This document shows positions 26,230-32,000 of a stretch of DNA of 32,000 bases, piece by piece. Origin of the DNA: Vibrio vulnificus CMCP6 (GTDB lineage Bacteria; Pseudomonadota; Gammaproteobacteria; Enterobacterales; Vibrionaceae); the NCBI RefSeq assembly GCF_000039765.1, contig NC_004459.3, forward strand, positions 1,380,001 through 1,412,000, given 5' to 3'. The position numbers were made by a program, and so were the translations under genes. Each line of letters begins with the position of its first letter. Within the stretch, counting starts at the first letter, position 1. Under the pieces are notes generated by a model that was not told the origin of the DNA, made no database searches, and was given only the letters and a program-made list of their open reading frames with translations.

Positions 26230-27993
26230 CTACTGACCGGACGACACGGAGTGAGACAATGCCGCTGACGGTGGTTGATAGTGAATGTTGCTGAAGTCGT
26301 TTTTAGGGAAGAGGAATTCAGCTTCCGTCTTTACTTGTTCTGCCTTACTCAAATCGCCAAGCCCTTGGTAGGCTAAGATTAAATTGGAATAAAACGCTGG
26401 TCTTGGCTTGGTCTTAATAATGTCAAGGGACCAATCAATATAGGGCTGAATCAATTTGGCATCTTGTGTTGCTAAGCCAATGTTGAGGTAGGTGCTGTAG
26501 ACATCCCAATCGAAACGATCTTTCCACACCACGGGATTGGTGACGCGTTGTAAGAGATCTGGATTGACTGGGCGAGTGGTTTCAAACTTGGTCAGCACGT
26601 AGTTAGTATGCAGGGCGCTCAGCATGTAGAAAGTGGTCAGTATCGGCACCACTAAACTGGCGATTCGTAATGCCGTTTTACTGATGCGAGAAAAATTCAC
26701 GCTTTTGACTTTCGCTACACGTTGATCAACCCAATAGATGAGTATGATGAAAATCAGCCAGTGTGCCGCAGAGTGATAAAAAGGGTACTCCAGTTGACTG
26801 TGTAGTACGATCGGCACAAACAAGGCAAACATGGCCAAACGCGTGCCTTTCTTGGCACTGTAGATTCGGTTCAATACCAAGATGGCTGCGAGAAAAATCC
26901 CTAATAGTGGAACAAGCCCACCTTCTACACCCCAATAGAGTAGCTCGTTATGTGGATGATCCATCGCCGGAAGTGCTGGTGGATATTGCTTGTTGAGTAA
27001 GTGCTGCCTTGCCGTGTACAAGGTGTAAGCCGATTCAAAATTGCCGTAACCGTAGCCAGTAAAAGGCTTCTCTATCAGCATGTCGAGTGCTTGTGGGAAG
27101 GTATAGGCTCTTGCTGATTCTAAATTGGTTTTCTGCCCCGCCAAATTGCTCTCGGTGCTTTGAAGTAGCGCACCGGATAAGCTTAAACCCAGAATAATGG
27201 ACCCCAGCCAACCCCAAAAACGAATTTTAGTACCAAATCGGTAGAGATAGGGCAGCAACAAAAGAGTGGCAATCATAGCGGCTAGCCAACCGGTACGAGA
27301 GGCTAACACCACGATCAAAGGGACGGTGAGCAGTGGAATCAAATAGAGTAAAGTGATTTCACTCAGATGCTTATTGTATTTGTGTGGCTGTCTCGCTAGT
27401 AGGTAGCCAGAAATAATTAACCCCGTTGCAAGGAAGCTTGCCATCACATTGGGTTGTTGAAATATGCCATATGGTCGATTTGACAGCGTGTCATACCCCA
27501 TCCAATTACCGGGTTTGAGCCAAAGGAACTGGTAATAACCGATGAAGGATTCGATCACGACAGCCAATACGACCAGCCATAACAAGCGTTGTTTGTATTT
27601 ATTACTAAAGCTAAATTGTTGCAGTAACACAAAGAAGCCAAAGCCAGCCCAGAGGCCAACTAAGCGACTCACCGACTGCATGTAGTGACTGTTGGCATAA
27701 AAAAGTGGCACGGTCAGAATGAGACAACTGACAAATAGGCCAATGGTCAGTTTGGAATAACGTAAATATTGCTGGCTAGCAAGCTGGTAGCAACCAAGCG
27801 CAAAGACAAAGGAGAACGCAATCCAAGTGGTTGGGTTGAAAGAGAGCGCAAGCCCCGCGCCTCCAGGATTGGGCATAAAGAAATGCATAGCGACGAGAAA
27901 GAGGATCGCCAGTGCCAGTAAAAACTTTTTGTTGAGAGGCACTTGTGCCTTAGGTTCTGCTAATTGCGTACCGCTTACGTGTATCGTTGCCAT
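26230..27993 (-). CDS. O-antigen ligase (Wzy_C) family polytopic membrane protein with a C-terminal soluble extension; PglL-type O-oligosaccharyltransferase-like (587 aa)
   Basis: About 12 hydrophobic segments and a large loop with the ..HPHNELLYWGVEGG.. motif typical of WaaL/PglL (Wzy_C) proteins. The roughly 150-aa C-terminal tail is hydrophilic and looks TPR-like. By position it would correspond to the V. cholerae PglL homologue (from memory). Confidence 0.7.
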   Translation of the reverse strand: MATIHVSGTQLAEPKAQVPLNKKFLLALAILFLVAMHFFMPNPGGAGLALSFNPTTWIAFSFVFALGCYQLASQQYLRYSKLTIGLFVSCLILTVPLFYANSHYMQSVSRLVGLWAGFGFFVLLQQFSFSNKYKQRLLWLVVLAVVIESFIGYYQFLWLKPGNWMGYDTLSNRPYGIFQQPNVMASFLATGLIISGYLLARQPHKYNKHLSEITLLYLIPLLTVPLIVVLASRTGWLAAMIATLLLLPYLYRFGTKIRFWGWLGSIILGLSLSGALLQSTESNLAGQKTNLESARAYTFPQALDMLIEKPFTGYGYGNFESAYTLYTARQHLLNKQYPPALPAMDHPHNELLYWGVEGGLVPLLGIFLAAILVLNRIYSAKKGTRLAMFALFVPIVLHSQLEYPFYHSAAHWLIFIILIYWVDQRVAKVKSVNFSRISKTALRIASLVVPILTTFYMLSALHTNYVLTKFETTRPVNPDLLQRVTNPVVWKDRFDWDVYSTYLNIGLATQDAKLIQPYIDWSLDIIKTKPRPAFYSNLILAYQGLGDLSKAEQVKTEAEFLFPKNDFSNIHYQPPSAALSHSVSSGQ

Positions 27994-28010
27994 AACGTGA
28001 TTCTTAATCT

Positions 28011-28040
28011 GAAAAAAGAAACCAGCTTTACGCTGGTTTC
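28011..28040 (-). terminator. Rho-independent terminator of uvrA
   Basis: On the minus strand, gaaaccagc-gtaaa-gctggtttc is followed by TTTTTT. It ends only about 17 nt before the ATG of the downstream PglL-like gene. Confidence 0.8.
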
Positions 28041-28059
28041 ATCACTTTACCTGTTTTTT

Positions 28060-30882
28060 CTATTTCAACATAGGCTTAAGGAAGCGTGCGGTATGCGAAC
28101 CTTCGATCTGCGCCACATCTTCAGGTGTTCCTTGGGCAATGATTTCCCCTCCACCTTGGCCACCTTCTGGACCTAAGTCGATGATCCAGTCGGCCGTTTT
28201 GATCACATCTAAATTATGCTCAATCACGACAACGGTGTTGCCATGATCACGTAAGCGATGCAAGACGGTCAACAGTTGCTGGATATCGTGGAAGTGTAGG
28301 CCCGTTGTTGGTTCATCCAAAATATAAAGGGTTTTGCCCGTATCGCGTTTGGACAACTCACGAGCCAGTTTTACCCGTTGTGCTTCACCGCCAGAGAGGG
28401 TGGTGGCCGCTTGACCTAAACGGATATAAGAAAGACCAACATCCATTAAGGTTTGCAGTTTACGCGCGATGACAGGGACAGGAGCGAAAAACTCATGAGC
28501 GTCTTCAACGGTCATCTCTAGCACTTCATCGATGCTCTTCCCTTTGTAGTGTACTTCTAACGTTTCACGGTTGTAGCGCTTGCCTTTACACACATCACAA
28601 GGGACGTAAACATCAGGTAAAAAGTGCATTTCAACCTTGATAACACCATCACCTTGGCAAGCCTCACAGCGGCCACCACGAACGTTAAAGCTGAAACGCC
28701 CTGGCTTGTAGCCACGAGAACGAGACTCTTGGGTGCCGGAGAACAGCTCTCGAATCGGAGTGAAAATCCCCGTATAGGTCGCTGGATTCGAACGCGGTGT
28801 GCGGCCGATGGGGCTCTGGTCGATATCGATGACCTTATCAAAATGCTCTAAGCCTTTAATAGACTTATAAGGCGCTGGTTGAGCTGTGGTCGCCCCATTG
28901 AGTTGGGTATGAGCAATTTTGAAGAAGGTGTCGTTAATCAGTGTTGATTTACCCGAACCAGAAACCCCAGTGATACAACTGAATAGCCCGACAGGCACCG
29001 AAAGATTGACCTCTTTAAGGTTGTTGCCACTGGCTCCAATGAGCTCAACCGTTTTGTTCTTATCTCTTGGTGTGCGTTGAGTCGGCACAATAATCTGCTT
29101 GGCTCCGCTCAAGTATTGTCCGGTCAAGGAATCTGGATTGGCGAGAATCTCGGCCATTGTTCCTTCGGCAACCACTTGGCCACCATGTACGCCTGCACCA
29201 GGACCAATGTCAATCACATGGTCGGCACAACGAATCGCATCTTCATCATGCTCTACGACTAATACGGTATTGCCGAGATCGCGTAAGTGCGTCAGTGTTT
29301 TGAGTAAGCGCTCATTGTCACGCTGGTGAAGGCCTATTGACGGTTCATCGAGCACGTACATCACGCCAACCAAACCGGCACCGATCTGGCTAGCCAGACG
29401 AATACGCTGTGCTTCGCCACCAGACAAGGTTTCAGCGCTGCGAGACAGGTTCAAATAATTGAGGCCAACGTTGACTAAAAACTGCAGTCGATCGTTGATC
29501 TCTTTCATGACCTTCTCCGCAATTTGAGCTCGCTGCCCTTCGAGTTTTAAGGTGGCGAAAAAGGTCAATGCATCCGCGATACTCAACTCGACGATTTGTG
29601 GCAATGTCGTGTCATTAATAAACACGTTGCGTGCTTCTAGGCGCAGACGAGTTCCACCACAACTGGTGCAAGGTTTGGTGGAGATATATTTTACCAACTC
29701 CTCTCGTACCGAGTTAGATTCGGTGTCGCGATAACGGCGCTCGAGTGTATTGAGAATACCTTCAAATGGATGGCGTTTAAGACGAATGTCGCCTCGATCG
29801 TTGATGTACTTAAATTCGATTTCAGTGCGCCCTGAGCCTTTTAAGATGACCTCTTGGATGCGTTTTGAAAGCGAATTAAAAGGGGCATGTAAATCGAAAT
29901 CGTAATGCTCAGCCAGCGAGGTGAGCATTTGGAAATAGTAATAGTTCTTCTGATCCCAACCACGAATCGCCCCTTGTGCAAGACTTAAATTGGCATCTTG
30001 AATCACACGTTCTGGGTCAAAATATTGCTGTACCCCGAGGCCATCACAGGTGCCACAAGCCCCTGCTGGGTTATTGAACGAGAACAAACGTGGCTCAAGC
30101 TCTTGCATACTATAACCACAGTGGGGACACGCAAAATTGGCGGAAAAAACGATCTCTTCACCGTCACCCTCCATAGGGGCAATCACAGCGATGCCACCTG
30201 AGAGTTCCAGTGCCGTTTCAAAGGATTCTGCGAGCCTTTGTTGTAAATCGCCACGCACTTTAACGCGGTCAACCACCACTTCAATGGTGTGCTTTTTGTG
30301 TAACTCTAGCGTTGGTGGATCGGTGAGGTCACAGGTCTCTCCGTCAATACGCGCACGGATAAAACCTTGAGCAGCAAGATTCTCTAATGTTTTAACGTGC
30401 TCGCCTTTGCGCTCTTTCACGATGGGGGCGAGCAACATCATTTTGGCACCTTCAGGCAGCTCCAGCACTTTGTCGACCATTTGGCTAATGGTTTGAGCGG
30501 CTAAAGGGACTTGATGTTCAGGACAGCGAGGCTCACCAACGCGGGCATACAGTAGGCGAAGGTAGTCATACACTTCTGTGATGGTTCCTACGGTTGAGCG
30601 CGGGTTGTGTGAGGTGGATTTTTGCTCGATAGAAATGGCTGGCGAGAGGCCTTCAATGTGGTCAACATCGGGCTTTTCCATCAATGAAAGAAATTGACGA
30701 GCATAAGCAGAGAGGGATTCAACATAACGTCGCTGACCCTCTGCGTACAAAGTGTCAAATGCCAAAGAAGACTTACCTGAGCCGGATAAGCCCGTAATAA
30801 CGATCAGTTTATCTCGGGGAATGGTGAGATTTATGTTTTTGAGATTATGGGTACGTGCTCCGCGAACTTCTATCTTGTCCAT
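28060..30882 (-). CDS. uvrA: Excinuclease ABC subunit A (940 aa from ATG 30882)
   Basis: [65 protein letters not shown] is nearly identical to the E. coli UvrA N-terminus. Two ABC modules and zinc fingers are present. The 12-codon upstream extension in the ORF track is unlikely. Confidence 0.97.
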   Translation of the reverse strand: MDKIEVRGARTHNLKNINLTIPRDKLIVITGLSGSGKSSLAFDTLYAEGQRRYVESLSAYARQFLSLMEKPDVDHIEGLSPAISIEQKSTSHNPRSTVGTITEVYDYLRLLYARVGEPRCPEHQVPLAAQTISQMVDKVLELPEGAKMMLLAPIVKERKGEHVKTLENLAAQGFIRARIDGETCDLTDPPTLELHKKHTIEVVVDRVKVRGDLQQRLAESFETALELSGGIAVIAPMEGDGEEIVFSANFACPHCGYSMQELEPRLFSFNNPAGACGTCDGLGVQQYFDPERVIQDANLSLAQGAIRGWDQKNYYYFQMLTSLAEHYDFDLHAPFNSLSKRIQEVILKGSGRTEIEFKYINDRGDIRLKRHPFEGILNTLERRYRDTESNSVREELVKYISTKPCTSCGGTRLRLEARNVFINDTTLPQIVELSIADALTFFATLKLEGQRAQIAEKVMKEINDRLQFLVNVGLNYLNLSRSAETLSGGEAQRIRLASQIGAGLVGVMYVLDEPSIGLHQRDNERLLKTLTHLRDLGNTVLVVEHDEDAIRCADHVIDIGPGAGVHGGQVVAEGTMAEILANPDSLTGQYLSGAKQIIVPTQRTPRDKNKTVELIGASGNNLKEVNLSVPVGLFSCITGVSGSGKSTLINDTFFKIAHTQLNGATTAQPAPYKSIKGLEHFDKVIDIDQSPIGRTPRSNPATYTGIFTPIRELFSGTQESRSRGYKPGRFSFNVRGGRCEACQGDGVIKVEMHFLPDVYVPCDVCKGKRYNRETLEVHYKGKSIDEVLEMTVEDAHEFFAPVPVIARKLQTLMDVGLSYIRLGQAATTLSGGEAQRVKLARELSKRDTGKTLYILDEPTTGLHFHDIQQLLTVLHRLRDHGNTVVVIEHNLDVIKTADWIIDLGPEGGQGGGEIIAQGTPEDVAQIEGSHTARFLKPMLK

Positions 30883-30950
30883 CTTTGATGCTCTGTGTAA
30901 TACCAACAAGTTGAGCAAGTATTACATAGTGTGAGAAATGTGCAATAAAA

Positions 30951-30970
30951 TACTGGATAAAAAAACAGTT
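30951..30970 (-). promoter_or_regulatory. LexA (SOS) box upstream of uvrA
   Basis: TACTGGATAAAAAAACAGTT has CTG-N10-CAG and fits the gammaproteobacterial consensus TACTG(TA)5CAGTA. It lies about 70-90 nt upstream of the uvrA ATG and adjoins a candidate -35. Confidence 0.75.
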
Positions 30971-31000
30971 AAAAATAAGGCGCTTTATTTAAAGCGCCTT
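30971..31000 (-). terminator. Rho-independent terminator of galU
   Basis: On the minus strand, aaggcgcttt-aaat-aaagcgcctt is followed by ATTTTT. Confidence 0.8.
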
Positions 31001-31024
31001 ACGTCTCGGTTTAGAGGAAGTTGA

Positions 31025-31897
31025 TTACTTCTCTTTTTGCGTACTGAATTTACCCAATTCAGACGTCTTCTCATCTTTCAGATAAAGGTTTTGGTAGCAA
31101 TAGTTGGTTGCTTCGATATAGCCTTCAACGCTGCCGCAATCAAAACGACGACCTTTAAACTTATATGCCAATACACAACCTGCTTTTGCTTGTTTGAGTA
31201 GTGCGTCGGTGATTTGAATTTCCCCGCCTTTACCTGGTTCAGTTTGCTCAATCAGATCAAAAATATCTGGGGTAAGAATGTAACGACCAATAATTGCAAG
31301 ATTACTTGGCGCGGTACCAGGTTCTGGCTTCTCCACCATGTTGTCTACGCGGAAGAGATCGTCTTTGATCATTTCGCCAGAGATCACGCCGTATTTATGA
31401 GTTTCATTTTCAGGTACTTCCTGAACAGCAACGATCGAACAGCGGAACTGCTTAAACAGCGCGACCATTTGTGCCAAGACACCTTGTTCTTCATTGACAC
31501 AAAGGTCATCAGCCAGTACGACGGCAAAAGGTTGATCCCCAACGAGTTCACGGCCCGTTAAGATGGCGTGCCCTAAGCCCTTCATTTCACGCTGGCGAAT
31601 GTAGGTAAAGTTCGCGGAGTCGATCAAAGCACGTACATCTTCCAATAGGGCTTCTTTGTTGGTACCACTAATCTGATGTTCTAATTCGTAGTTTTTATCG
31701 AAGTGATCCATGATTGAATGCTTACCACGACCAGTAACAATGCACATTCCGTCCATACCCGCTTGGATGGCTTCCTCCACACCGTATTCGATCAGAGGTT
31801 TGTTCACCACTGGCATCATTTCTTTTGGCATCGATTTGGTCGCAGGTAAGAAGCGAGTGCCGTAGCCAGCGGCAGGGAAAAGGCATTTTTTAATCAT
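31025..31897 (-). CDS. galU: UTP-glucose-1-phosphate uridylyltransferase (290 aa)
   Basis: MIKKCLFPAAGYGTRFLPATKSMPKEMMPVVNKPLIEYGVEEA is the canonical GalU N-terminus. Confidence 0.95.
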   Translation of the reverse strand: MIKKCLFPAAGYGTRFLPATKSMPKEMMPVVNKPLIEYGVEEAIQAGMDGMCIVTGRGKHSIMDHFDKNYELEHQISGTNKEALLEDVRALIDSANFTYIRQREMKGLGHAILTGRELVGDQPFAVVLADDLCVNEEQGVLAQMVALFKQFRCSIVAVQEVPENETHKYGVISGEMIKDDLFRVDNMVEKPEPGTAPSNLAIIGRYILTPDIFDLIEQTEPGKGGEIQITDALLKQAKAGCVLAYKFKGRRFDCGSVEGYIEATNYCYQNLYLKDEKTSELGKFSTQKEK

Positions 31898-32000
31898 TGA
31901 ATAGTGTCCTTATCAAATCGAACTCCTCACCGAAACAATACGCACGTAAAAATTAAAGCCGAGCGCGCAGCATTTCCTTTGTGGTGTGTTGTTCCATAAA

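Noticed and set aside
30883-30918. 12-codon N-terminal extension of uvrA ([12 protein letters not shown])
   Set aside because: E. coli UvrA begins [20 protein letters not shown] 30882 gives 940 aa, identical in length to E. coli UvrA.

Overview
This window looks like core chromosome from a Vibrio (Vibrionaceae). The 16S sequence is Vibrio-like, but I cannot resolve the species by eye. Gene order is pgi, cheX-like, zur, dusA, pspG, an outer-membrane beta-barrel protein, a small hypothetical, cysJIH, then a complete rRNA operon (16S, tRNA-Glu, 23S, 5S, tRNA-Asp, tRNA-Trp). After that come a FIST protein plus PAS-GGDEF pair, nhaP-type antiporter, metH, lysC, a class V aminotransferase, a PglL/O-antigen-ligase-like membrane protein, uvrA and galU. 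From memory this matches the pgi-to-galU region of Vibrio cholerae chromosome I, but I cannot verify that here. Nearly everything is housekeeping. I found no integrase, transposase, CRISPR array, toxin-antitoxin pair or recognisable defence gene. Regulatory elements readable directly from the sequence are: tandem rrn promoters with boxA elements, a sigma54 -24/-12 promoter upstream of pspG, a lysine riboswitch in the lysC leader, tandem MetJ boxes upstream of metH, a LexA box upstream of uvrA, and several rho-independent terminators. The only segment with an accessory or signalling flavour is the two-gene module at 15289-17860. It encodes a stand-alone FIST_N/FIST_C (NosP-like) protein translationally coupled to a dual-PAS GGDEF diguanylate cyclase, it sits directly after the tRNA-Asp/tRNA-Trp genes, and it uses several rare codons. 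That is my best candidate for something under-characterised. I do not see evidence for a genuinely new multi-gene system in this window.
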